Source: Gonapodya sp. JEL0774 (lineage: Eukaryota). Taken from it: DNA of 64,000 nt. The notes below the pieces were generated by a model that saw nothing but the letters and a program-made list of their open reading frames with translations, was not told where the DNA came from and made no database searches. The position numbers were made by a program, and so were the translations under genes. Where the stretch lies: NCBI GenBank assembly GCA_027604505.1, contig JADIIX010000008.1, forward strand, positions 124,001-188,000, read 5' to 3'. Below are positions 13,785 through 25,999 of this stretch, in pieces. Each line of letters begins with the position of its first letter. Positions within the stretch are counted from its first letter, which is position 1.

Positions 13785-15851
13785 ATGCACATTCTATTTT
13801 GGCTCCTGACTGTTCTCGCATTGTTTCCCAGCAATGCGTTGTGTTTCCCGGTTGAGCTTTCGAAACTGAGCCGCCAGAACTTGTTCGCAGGCATTCGGAG
13901 GAGGCAACTTCTGGCTCACGAACCAAACTACGTCGTGTTCGTGTGGGCCTATGGAAATGCCACGGAAGGTGAGTGAACACTGCGAGCACTGGAAATTCGA
14001 ACGTGAGTGAGTAAAGAGCTGCTCAGCCGGATCACCAGGGGCATCTACAATCAATTACACAACGCGAGTCTATGGGAATGTCTACGATTACAGGAATCTA
14101 CCGCCGCTTGCCAACAATACAAACTCCTCTTCCACCAACATCACCGAACGTCTTTTGGGCAGTACGTTCACGCAAGTTGTCGCGCTCACATTCGAAAATG
14201 TTTCTTCCGCAGACGCTAGAGTGAGTCTATAAATGTCAATTTTCCACAGCACGTGATTGCGCGGCTTATATTTTCCCTTTGCAGAATCTCACCAGTGGCC
14301 AAAACCAGTCGTAAGATTCCCCTGTTAAAAAGATTTTGATCTGCATATGATGACGCGACGTGGTTGGTTTATGCCAAGTGAGAATTCCATACTCTACAAC
14401 CGGTCCGTCCCCTACCTTTGGGCGACGCCCTCCCGAGTACAATTCAATATTTCCAATCTGGAACTATCATCGATCAATTACACACTCTCTTTCGAAAGCA
14501 ATTTAGCAGATAGCTCCGGCAATACGAGCCTTCCCGGAACGATCAGTGTTGGTCCCACTGGTAGGAACAACGTCCACTGGTTTCTTGATTTGTTTTCTGA
14601 CATAGATCGATCGATTTTGTTACTTACAGATCTAACAGGTACGTTTGATCAGCTCTCCTCTATTATTGTACCTTCCAATGTCCCCGGTGCCGGCGTCTTG
14701 GCATCTCCAGTAAGTCGCGTTCATCATTTAACGGCGAAACTGCTTTTATCGAGTGTGCACGTCCACACACAGGCCCTACTGAGATACACCACTGTACTCA
14801 ACAATACAATGTTCACCGGTCTCTCTATCATTGCTCCGGATACTGGGTGTGGGTTCTCACACTGTAACTACTGACTCGGACACATTAAAATACGATTTTG
14901 TGGAGGAAAGACTCTGTCGTGTCAGATATTGATGATGTGCTAAGAATAACAAGGATCTGGAGACCGTTTGAGGGACTTAGGAACACTTTCATTGCACCGT
15001 ACCAAGGTGAGAAGAGTGAAAAACGATGGGTTCACGCACTGAGTAACGTTCCTGAGAACTTGTGCACAGTTTTTCCCGGAATGGATTCTCTGTTTCGCAT
15101 GTGGTCGGCGAGCTTGCCGAATGCCACCTTCCATTACGGTGGGAACTTGTCTCCCCGTTCCAAGTATCACGACTTACAAGGGTCAACCAAATTTTAGCAA
15201 CAACCACACCAATCGCCAGCACAGAAACTTATGAGGAATGGCTTTCCGCCCATTACCCATTGGGATCACTGGACATGCGGCCGTTGAATTTGCTTCACCC
15301 TTCCGACGTTTTGCAAGCTCGATCAAATCAACTCACACGCTTATATGAAACTTATCGGCATCGCAAATTTTTGCTGATAGGGGATACAAGCTCGACCACG
15401 TTACTGAGTGCTTACCGTATGACAGGGACATAGCTATGCATTCATTCATTCTTGCTTCTTCCCAAGCCCCAACTTTGCAAGAAACTTCCCAAATCAGACA
15501 GCGTGTGTTTTCATTCGAAACACATCGGTGACAGGTGAGCGCCTGCACTACCGAGAACAAAAACGTCGAATGTTTGGCATTTACAATTGCTCCCTACATA
15601 TCGTATTCCCCAATTGAAGACCCTTCATTCCCGCAATCGCGGCCTGGAGGGGATATTAAACTTGAAGACGTCCAGAGCAAATTCCAGGGCGTGTCGGATT
15701 CCAAGTGGTGCGTGCATTGAGCACAAGTCAATACATCATGTTTGAGCATTCATGTACAACACTTACCACTTCTATTAGGTATATTTTTGATACGGCACAA
15801 GATTTGATGGAAGTCAATGTAACGAGCGGATCATGCAGGCCTGGGATCTGA
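13785..15851 (+). CDS. App1-like phosphatidate phosphatase (DUF2183/HAD-like), probably secreted, multi-exon
   Basis: N-terminal hydrophobic signal peptide; VVSDIDDVLRIT, FHY and RKFLLIGDT motifs typical of App1 catalytic domains. Confidence 0.75.
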
Positions 15852-16077
15852 ACCACGTGCATCAGTGTGGAACAATTTTTCGAGTTTGATTTTGTAGCAG
15901 AATATTGCTGTAGCATATCCTAGCTCATCACTGTAATGATGATAATTGGGAGACGAAAACAACATTTTTGCGAAGTTCGCGGCAGCACTCCTGTGGTTGT
16001 CCATAAGCTACCACCTTGCACCGTTTTCCAACCTTGTGCGCTTGTATCTGGCGCGTTTGCGCCTCACGCCAGTAAAG

Positions 16078-18372
16078 ATGCTAGGAGTTCCCTCTGGGGC
16101 TCTTGGGCAGGTTGTCACGCAATCAGTTCCACCCAGTCCTCCCATGCGGGCAACTCTGTCCGCCCTACCTGTGGAAATCTGGTCTCGATGCTTTCTCCTA
16201 ATGGAGCAGCCTGCCCAATTTGCCCTTGTTTGTCGTCTTTTCTACTCAATCGCCTCAGACGCCGCCAACAGGGCTCGCTGGTTTGTGCTTCGTTATGGCA
16301 TCCACAAAGCCTTCCACCAAGCCATCTGCAAACACTCGCCCATGGTAGATTTGGAGATCGTAGAGAAGCTGATTGGCTTGCAAGTGGTTATTTCAAGACA
16401 AGACGTCCAGGTGGGTTGGAATGCCTGTCATCCTTCTCTGAACCCCTCCCTGGGAGCACACTGCCGCAAACTCAGTGTCACATTGAACTACGCAGCTCGT
16501 GTTTCGTGCTGTGTTTCGCCCCAGACCTGGCTACGGTCTACCGACTTTCCGAATCGACCGGACCACACCAATCATCCGGCTTCTCACCGCCCATGCTTGC
16601 ACGCTCTACGGGGATGAAGCTTCTTTTGACGGAGATGATTATAGGATATTTCGAGGTGGGTCAGACTTACCGCTACATTGCCAAGGTCGATAACCCTCAG
16701 CACCACCGGTCTCTTCCTCAGACATAATGGGTTGTATTCAACGGTCTCACACGGCTATCACATGCACCGCCACTGATGCACAAGTTGCCGCACTACGGTC
16801 TCTTGTCAGCGTGTACCGTTTCAACCCTCAGCACGTCCGACCGCCTCTTAGCGACGATAAGCTTACTTGGTTGCTCCTTCATTTGCTCCTGACAGCACCA
16901 GATCTACTTGACGAACTAGTCAAGAACGGATTTGAATGGTCGCCAGCAATTAGGGAGGGTGTCATGGGATGGTCGTTTCTGGTGAGTGCAGTTACTAAAG
17001 ACGAATTTATAGCAACACTGTCTGACATGGCATGCGAAATATCAGTACTATTGCCTTGATCCTTCAAACATGGATCCAATTCTTACCTCTCTGATCTCAA
17101 AGTATAATATTCAAATCAATTCGGGAGTACTGAAAGTGCTGCTGAATAAGTTAAGCAAACCAGACCGTGAGGTTTCCCTTTACCTGTGACAATGCGGGTT
17201 GCTCTCAACTCATGGCCTCGCAAATTCTACGTCTATCTACAGATTCGTTCTTCCACACGTCCATTGCTTTTGCCAAAATCCTCTCACTGTGTCCGTCACA
17301 GCCTTTCGTGCGAAACACAATTATGGACGACGCACTCGAACGCTTCGTCAAAAATGGTCAACTTGACCCTTTCCCTCGCAATCTCCCGTTTAGTTTGCTT
17401 GATCTTCCCACGACTCCAGCATCCCGCCTCACTTTGCTCCTGCAACACCTTGCAGAGGGCAGACCACTCCCGCCATCGATTTCTCCTTGTGTAACTCATC
17501 GGCTCCCCTTCCCCGCAGTTGTCAAACTGCTTCTTGAGCGTCAGAGGGACTCTTTAAGATTGGCGCTCCAAGCATACCTTGCTACCTCTGCGCGGGGCTG
17601 GGCTGCTGCAGATGAAGACTATTTTTCCGCCATGGATACATTCGCGCAAGCTGGGGTGGCATTAGAGCCATCAGATATTGAAGTTGTGAGGATTGCGTAC
17701 GCTGCGGGCAAGACGGAAAGCGGCGTCGCGTTTGTGCGAGCGTTCTTTGGCGTGGTCGCCGAGGTTGTTCTGAACAATTTGGATGGTATCTTGAATCCAG
17801 GATCTGTCGACTGTAAAATCCCACGTGGAGAGGGAATCACATGGAAGCAGGCACTGGAGGCAGCCAGGGGTGATGAGCTTGAGCGCATCGTGCCCTTACG
17901 CGAGCTCTCCGAACTGACAACCGAGACGCCAAGGAAGCGCAAAGGGAGAACTAACTCCTCATCAGACTCTACATTGCGCTCGGAGATTGGGCACGAAGTA
18001 TCCGAAGTTGCAGAGGGAGCTGCCTTCGTGCTTGCCCAAATTCAGAGAGCTTCACATGGAGGTTCTTTTGAGCGGAACGGAGATCGTAGCGGGCCGCGTT
18101 CTGGACATAGAAAAGGATTAGAGAATGCCACGAACCTCGAAGTGTCAAATGATGACCTTTCTAACGGGACATTAGGGGAGACTCTCGCCACATCTTCTGA
18201 CCTTCCGTGCGGCACCTTCACAAGAAAAGTCGACGAAATTGGCTCACAGAGCTTACCAGATAGCGATGAGGACGATGCGACACAGTTTGATGAAGCGCCG
18301 GGTGTTGTCAGCGGAGACAGCAGTCAGGAAGGAGATTGGCTAGATGCTCCAAAGAGGAGAAGAACACGTTGA
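16078..18372 (+). CDS. F-box-like protein with helical repeat region, multi-exon
   Basis: LSALPVEIWSRCF..FALVCRLFYSIA..RARWF is an F-box-like N-terminus; the C-terminus carries basic NLS-like motifs (PRKRK, PKRRRTR). Confidence 0.6.
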
Positions 18373-18620
18373 CTATCTGTACGAGATGAGCGCATTTGAG
18401 GATGGGGTAGCATTCCGCTTTCTCGTACTCTTGCCTGGATGACTGGTTTGACTTTCGCACTATGCTCATTTCTGGACTTGAACTTTATGATTCCGTTCAC
18501 GCAACTATTTCGGTGGCAATTATTGTAAATTAGAACGCTTTGCGTCCTTTACTTCGCGGACGTGTGGGGTAACTCTATGCAGTTTCTTATTGTAATAATT
18601 CAAAATACCACTGCAAAATA

Positions 18621-20183
18621 CTACCGGCGCCGAGACTTTGACATGATCGTGTCCACATCCTTCACAAGCAAATCCACGGCATTCGGGCCATTCTCCGCAT
18701 CTCCCAGAAGAAACTTGAGTTCCCGCTCGCTTGCAGGGCCATGTGCCATCCAGCGCACTTTGCCCCAGCGGTCAACCAACATCGCGTATCCGAGGTACTT
18801 GTTGAAGAGACCGAGAGAGCGACGATACTCGGATAGAGAGTGAGGGTAAAACATGTAACGATCCTTTACAACGGGGGAAATCGAGACTCGTGAAGAGAGG
18901 GAAACGCAGTTCACCAAGCGCACCTGCATAATTTTAGGGGTACTTCTTTTCATGAGCCACTTGAATGCACTCTGAACCCATGCTTTTGCCGAGTTCTCTT
19001 CGACATTTATGAGAAGCAACCCGATGTGTGGGTTCTTCGCAATACCGTCGACCTTATTTATTGGGTATTTCTCAAAAAAGGGAGTCAAGTAAGAATTCAC
19101 GTGCGCCTATACGACAGGTGGTGTGCGTATTGAGACAGATGGTTACCAATCATTCACCTCATAGCTCACCTCTGCAAACTTGGAAAACATGATGCCGACA
19201 AAAGTTACTTTATGCTTTGTCGCAACAGAAATGGGGTCCGTGGTTCCGCCTGACAACAGTTGACCGGAAAGAACAGGGAGAGTGGGTGCCAACTGGACGT
19301 GTGTACTTGTACCGTAAGAACCGCCCGCACAGTAACCCCGCGACAAAATCTCACATCAAATGGAATCAAGTCGGTTGGAGCCTCAGCAAATTTGGCATTC
19401 TTCACTGTAAGAATGTCTGTGGCGTGCAACCAGAGCACCATTCAGGATGGAATTATGTGCAGCATCACCAGACAAACAAACAGCACCTTTCATATCATCC
19501 CAGTAACCCTCATCAAAAGCCTCCTTAAACAGCTGCTCTCTCTCTTTCATTAGTTTCTGGTAGTACGCGCTGTCCTTAAGCTTCGGGTGCATCCTCAATT
19601 GCTCGTGCAGCAGCTTCCTTACTGCCGTGTCCGGCTCAGGCTTCTGGGGCCCCAGAACCACCTTCTCAGATTCAGACGGCGTCACGGTTCCAGAAATAGG
19701 CGTTGAGGCGTCAGATACGGTGGGGTTGGTTGCGGAAGTGAACGATGGAGGTGGTTCGATTGTAGGCTTCGGGGGCGGTTCGGGAATTCGAATGGTGGAC
19801 GGCGGGGGAACCAGGGGTTCCAAAGGAGTTGCTTTGGAGCGACGGGAAATGGTGGAGTACTCGCGAGTGTGGTTCGGAGATGCACGTAGTTCATGGTGAA
19901 GCTGAAAGTCCGGTTTGGTGTGATATATTGAGACGAATGGACGGATGCATCAGAAGGGTAGATGATCTTTAAAGTTGATTTCGATACACACAAGATGAGA
20001 TTTTAAATCCACCGATGATCGCGATGTGTGTCGTCGTCGTGGTGATCGAGAAGAAAGCCATCCTCCGACTGTACGATGCCCGGATGCGGAACAACTTCCC
20101 AGAGCCACTGAGTGGGCAAGATTGATTGAGTGGTGAGCTCGAGCAGCGATATTTTTGGCGTAGAGGCCTCGTATGGAAGACAT
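18621..20183 (-). CDS. ATP10: Mitochondrial ATP synthase assembly factor Atp10, multi-exon
   Basis: LFNKYLGYAMLVDRWGKVRWMAHGPASERE C-terminal signature; Arg/Ser-rich presequence-like start. Confidence 0.9.
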
Positions 20184-20435
20184 ATTTGAATGGGTTGAAA
20201 CGTCAAACTCGGACAGGGCACGTCACACAAGCAGGCACAGATGTGCGTTAACAGAGTGACTGATGTTCTTATTGTCGACATGCCCCAAACCGCATCTTCA
20301 GTAAAAAAAAAAACGTGCAGATCGTTTTGATTACAAAAAACGGCCATATGTAATGCTACTCCAGCGTAAAAGAATAACCTCCGCTCGCGACGTTGCCGAT
20401 TCCCCCGCCACACCATCCCACATGCCACGCTCCTC

Positions 20436-21550
20436 TCATGCACCACGCCCCCGCCCTCGGAACCCGCCACCCCTCGATCCTCCGCGGAATCCACCTCGGT
20501 CACCTCCACCGCGGCCAAAGCCACCCCCTCCACGACCACCAAAGCCACCCCCGCGTCCACCTCCACGGGGTCCACCACCCCTGCCGCCTCCACGGCCCCG
20601 TCCGCCACGGCCCTGGGTGGGGGGGGGGGGAAGGAAACAGTGTCAGTGTGCATAACCAGAGTGAGTTTGACGCGAGGTTTTTCGACAACGTACAGTGCCC
20701 TGCAGTCCCATTGGTTTATCTGAAACAAAATGACCACACGGAGGAGGACGGGACGGGTGAGGTGAGCCCCATTCATTGGACAAGACCCAGAGTTCCTCCC
20801 ACTCACCCTTTGGCGCCCCCTTTGGCTTCGGCAAGAACCTTTCAATCGGCAAGAGCTTATCCGACCCGATGAAGACCTTATCCCCCTGTTTGAAGCTCGT
20901 GGCGGGGAACCCTTCGTTGACGGACACGGAAAAGTAGACCTCATTCAAGGGTCCCAAAATCTCATCGACCTTGCCGATTTGCGTCTTGTTCTCCAGATAA
21001 ATGGGGGCGTTGAAGTATGGGATGCGAACGTTGGTCGACCGGCAGACCATTTGGTTCTCGCAGGCGTGCATGAAGGTGCCCATTTCTGTGGGACGGGTCA
21101 GAAACATGAGCACCGCGCGGGCCATGCCAGTCCTGTCCGCTCATCCCCACGAGTGCACATCGAGCGCACAGTGAACGCGGTCCTTGCCCGTGCCCAATGT
21201 CATCGTTCCCCACGCACCCACGACCCACCCACACTCAACTCACCGAGTACCTCGTCGGGGGGACCCTGGGGAGCCCAACTTCCCCCTCCACCCCCACCTC
21301 TCCCACCTCGAAAGCCTCCACTGCCCCCACGGAATCCTCCACCTCCTCTTCCTCCCGATCCTGCAAGGAATTGTCGAGAGGGGACAGACAGAGAAAAAAG
21401 GGGGGGTCGTTTAACACATAAGGAGGTTGGACGGCGAGCTTGCCACGATGAAGCTCCACACGCCTTCTTACCTCCGCCCCGTCCGCCCCGGAATCCTCCG
21501 CCGCCTCCTCTACTGAATCCGCCTCCACCGCGACTGCCGCCTCTGTTCAT
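20436..21550 (-). CDS. GAR1: H/ACA snoRNP subunit Gar1; exons 21550-21472, 21360-21244, 21085-20807, 20719-20694, 20612-20436
   Basis: RGG boxes at both ends around the core [43 protein letters not shown] 26-nt micro-exon restores the frame. Confidence 0.97.
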
Positions 21551-21883
21551 TGATGGGGCAGGGAATGTATGGGTTGGGGTTTGTTCACGGTACGAGTATA
21601 TGGTAGGATGTTCTGAGAAAAACCTGTGCACAATTGGCCAAAGCTCCTACAAAGGAAGCTGGGCTCCCTCCAAACTTATTCCCACCCCCACTTCATTCAA
21701 AGTAAGCGTGCGTCTATGTATTCATTCCCACTTCCCATCCCGTCTATTTCCGACCCCCGATCGCGACTTCACCATTCCCCCATTTGCCCCAGTCCCCAGT
21801 ACACCACACCACACGACCTACACACCCAACACTGCGCGCCCCATCACATCCCCCCTTCCCCCCTTCCCCCCCCTCCCTCTCCC

Positions 21884-24496
21884 TCACCCCCTCACGCCCG
21901 ACAAAAACCCAGCCATATCAAACTCCTCTTGGCCTTCCTTCTTCACAGCGACTCCCTTCTCGGTTACGATCGCCGTGATGAGCGACGCAGGGGTGACGTC
22001 GAAGGCCGGGTTCCTGTGGCGTGGAGGAGGGAGGGGGATGGGGGAGGGGGGGGGGGGGGGGGGGCGCAATATACAATCGAAAAAAATATACAAGGAAATT
22101 AGACCCTGAACCAGCCCACAAACCCGCCGTCCCTCCAATTCAAAACCCACCACACCCCAATCCCATCCGCCGCGATCCGAACCAAACACGTCGTCACCCC
22201 GTCATCCGCTTCGTCGTCCACGAGGACCGCCCGCCCGTTGCCCTTGCCGGTACCACTGGCGTGCCCGTTCCCCTTCCCGGCGCCCGTCACCCCCCCGACG
22301 TCCCTTCCCCCGCTCCCCCTCGCCCTCGTCTGCGTTCTGGCCGCCGTCCCCTCCTCCTCCTCCTCCTCCTCCTCCCCCATCTCGTCTGTTTCGACGCCAA
22401 ACACCGCCGCCTCCAGCTCCTGCACGACCTTGTCCACCTTGGCGCCCAGCCGCTCAATGACCGAGACGGAGGGAGTCTCGTCGATCGGGGCGGGGCCGGG
22501 GGCGGGGGAGGAGGGGTCGCCGTCCATGTCGACGTCGACGTCAACCTCCACGTCCACGTCGCCTTCCCCCTCGCCGTCCACGTCCACTTCTCCATCCCCA
22601 CCCGCCCCATCGACCCTCCTCGACCCCCCCACCACAGCCACCGTCCGACTCCCACTCCTCCTCCCCTCCATCCCCTCCGCGCCCCTCACACCCCCAGGCT
22701 CCTTCACGGCGCCTTCATCCTCCACCACCCTGCCTCTCACGGTGACCACCTCCACTCCACTCCTCTGCTCGATCACGATCTCCTTCCCACTCTTTGTTTC
22801 CAAATCTACCGACGTTGCTGGCGCGGCCACCACAAAGGGCACGTGGTGGTACCGTGCCGCGATGGCCAGCTGGTACGTGCCAATCTTGTTGGCCGTGTCG
22901 CCGGTCCGCGTGACTCGGTCGGCGCCGACGACGATGGCCGTGATGGAGTGGGTGAGGAGCAGGTGGGAGGCCATGGAGTCGGTGATGAGCGTAGCGGGGA
23001 TGCCTTCGTGGACTAGTTCGTAAGCCGTGAGGCGGGAGCCTTGGTTGTAGGGGCTAGATTGGGGGGGGGGGGGGGGGGGGGGGGTTTGTTAGGAGGGGAT
23101 TGGGGACGTGGACGGGGTGAGTCTGGAATAGGAGGCGATGTGGTGGTCATGGGATGCACAGCAGAGGGCGTGCCACGCGAGCCAGCCAGAGCCCAAACCG
23201 AGCCCAACTCCAACTCCAACCCCAACCCCTTCCGCATTCCCAATTCCGAACAACCACCCCATGCCTTACAAACACCCCCTCCCCCGCCGTAACCCAACCC
23301 ACCGCGTCTCTGTACAATACGCCATCTCCAACTTCCCCGTCGCGTGGAGGTCGCGGATGATGCCAAGGGCGGTGCCCTGGAGGTGGGGGGTGGGAGGCGT
23401 GTCGGAGTGAGGCAAGGAAAAAGACAAAGACAAGGAAGGACAAGGCGAGAGACAAACACCAGAAGAAGCAAAAAAAAAAAAAATTAATAAAAAACATAAT
23501 TCGGACCGCAAAGTTGAATCGCCCTCAGGCGCACGCTGACTCTGCCCTGTCGCTGACGCTTGGGCGAGGGCCCTTGAGACTCACCCAACCGGCTGTTGCC
23601 AAACTCCCGGTATTGCAGTGCGTGAGGACTCTGATCTTATCGCCTGCGTTCCCGTTCCTCCTGGTGGCCTCGTCGATGATCCACTGGGCGCCGTATCGTC
23701 CAATGTTCCTATTATCCCTGACATCCTCGTCCATCATCTTCTCGGCCTCTGTCACGTACTCGTGGAGGACGATTTTGGCCGCTGCGACGGGGTCGGAGCT
23801 GGCGAGTGAGGCGACGGCGGGGGACTGGGAGGCGGCGAGGACGGTTGCGGAGAGCTTTGCGGCTGCGTCGGCGAGGTTGACGGCGGTTGGGCGGGATGTG
23901 ACAAGGTAGGCGAGGCGGGAGAGGATGTAGGATGAGGCGGTGTGCGGGGTGAGGGAGGAGGGGGGCGGTGGGGCCCTGGGTCGGCTGTGGGTGTGGGAGA
24001 GCCAGAGGACCAGGATCAGGAGGCGCTGGCGTTGTGGGGGTGGGTTGAGGATGGGGGAGGATTAGGGGAGAAGTAATTTGAGGTGATTTCGACAGCGAGG
24101 GAGAGTGCGCCGACGATGGCGATTGCGGGAGCGCCGCGGACCTTTTTTTCATTTGAGTGGGTGAGTGGGTGGTGTGAGTGTGAGAGGGAGACAGAAAGGA
24201 AGGAAAACGGAGAGTGATTGAGGGAAGAAAAGCGAAAGGAGAATGGGGACAGCACATCCAGAGGGGGGCGATTGGGGCCGATTGAACATGGATTGAGAGA
24301 AAAAAAGAAGCAACGAGTATTAAAGCATTCGTACCTTCATAGTTTTAATGGCAGCATGACCAGCCTGGGCGTCGAGTATTGGTTCGTAGAAGGACTCCCA
24401 CGGCAGCAGCAGCTGGTTGAGAATTGCGAGGGATCCGGTTGAGTATTTGATGGCCTGGAGGGACGAAGATGGCGGGGAGTGCGGGTGGGACGACAT
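21884..24496 (-). CDS. MRI1: Methylthioribose-1-phosphate isomerase (methionine salvage), with a frame break in exon 2 and a long acidic insertion
   Basis: [66 protein letters not shown] and NPAFDVTPA motifs. Confidence 0.95.
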
Positions 24497-24722
24497 GGAG
24501 GAATTGGGGAATGGGAACAGAGTGGGGAGGGAAGAGGGAGAGTGCGGGATGGTGCAAGAACACGGGGTGGGCTGCACGTGCTTTGGACAACCCCCGGCCA
24601 CAGTCGCACATCGGGTCATCCGGTTCTTCCTGCCCATTCTGTTCGCCCGCATCCCCACTCCATCCCCGCCCTGTTCGCACCACCTCCACCACCCCCTGCA
24701 ACTCCATCTCAAACTCACTCTC

Positions 24723-25685
24723 ATGCCTGTGTCCGACCAAGATTTTGTCCTCCTGCTCAAGGACAAACTCCAGGCTTCCCTTGTTGTGTGTTGTCCCGCC
24801 ACCCCCTTTCCCTTCTGCTCTCTTCCGCCTCTCATCACTCCCTGACACATCCCCCCCCTCCTCTGCCCCGCCCCCCAGAACGTCCAGGACACATCCGGCG
24901 GCTGCGGTCAGTCGTTTGAAATCCTCGTCGTCTCTCCCGCGTTCGAGGGCAAATCTGTCCTCCAGCGACATAGGTCCGTCTTTTTGTGTTGAGAGTGTAT
25001 TTGGTGTTTGCCCACCACACGGGACTACTGGGTCACTCCCACTACAGTCTGCACCGGGGAGCCCTCGACAGCGCGAGCATATGGACCCCAATTGACCTTT
25101 TATGCGCGGTGCATATGACACGACTGTCTTCGTTGCGACCCTCACGTCCGATCTCCGATGTTTTTTCCCCCTGCCACTACTCACCTCGCTCCTCCCCTGC
25201 CACTACTCACCTCCCTCCTCCCCTGCCACTACTCACCTCGCTCCTCCCCTGCCACTACTCACCTCGCTCCTCCCCTGCCACTACTCACCTCGCTCCTCCC
25301 TCTTCCCTCCTCCGCTTATTCCCCCCTTCTTCCCCCTCCTCACTCCCCACCACACTACACCCCACTCCCCTCCCCCACCAAAAGACTCGTCAACGACGTC
25401 TGCAAAGACCTGGTCGCCCAGGTCCACGCATTCAGCCAAAAGTACGTGGAACGGTCCCGGTGGTGACTTTTTTTTTGGGGGGGGGGGGGGGGGCTTTGGG
25501 TGTGATTGGGTTGGATTGGGTTGGATTGGGTTGGCTGCGGTTGGCTGCGGTTGGGTCCACTTTTCGCGCGTACCGTGTCCTGTAACCTAACCGTTCCCAC
25601 CCCAACTAACGTTCACCCCCTCCTGGGCCGCAGATGCATGACGCCCGCCCAATACGCCGCGTCTCAACAATCACAAACCCCCTGA
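24723..25685 (+). CDS. BOL2: BolA2 (Bol2/Fra2-like) Fe-S trafficking protein; exons 24723-24785, 24879-24973, 25385-25441, 25634-25685
   Basis: The hand-spliced product [79 protein letters not shown] has the DTSGGCG and QRHRLVN BolA2 signatures. The ORF track does not show it. Confidence 0.93.
25168..25297 (+). repeat. 26-bp tandem repeat x5 (CCCCTGCCACTACTCACCTCGCTCCT) in BolA2 intron 2
   Basis: Five consecutive copies, with one substitution in copy 2. Confidence 0.95.
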
Positions 25686-25999
25686 AAGGGCCCCACGTAA
25701 ACCCGACCGGATACCCCCGGACCCCGCCCGTGCGCCCTTTTTACTGTATGTCGGGGGCTGAGGGTCGGTCCCGAGCGACGAACGTCGGGGGTGCGTGTGA
25801 ATGCCCAGTGCGTGGCACGTTCTCTAGCTCCTCGGCGTCAAGTGCGTACCATCCAGGCGCACGGTGTGTATGAGGGACAAAAAGTACATAAAAACCCATC
25901 TCCTCGACAAAGTCACAAGACGGACCCGGACCCGGCAGGGCCGCACGTGACATGTGACATGGACGCAACGCTACGCACGCCAGTCCACAGACCACACAC

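Noticed and set aside
20613..20806. Apparent GAR1 frameshift and a possible intronic H/ACA RNA (AGATAA..ACA)
   Set aside because: A 26-nt micro-exon (20719-20694, CAG|..|GTACGT) restores the frame and accounts for the sequence.
20979..23023. Long plus-strand ORFs (376, 331 and 261 aa)
   Set aside because: Antisense shadows of the GC-rich GAR1 and MRI1 genes.
24016..24018. Selenocysteine or readthrough at the MRI1 TGA
   Set aside because: Readthrough would not return to the conserved frame, and the position is in a non-conserved insert.
25168..25297. CRISPR-like array
   Set aside because: Head-to-tail repeats without spacers inside a eukaryotic intron.
25506..25555. TTGGG/TTGGA repeats as interstitial telomere sequence
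   Set aside because: Short, degenerate and intronic; better explained as a microsatellite.
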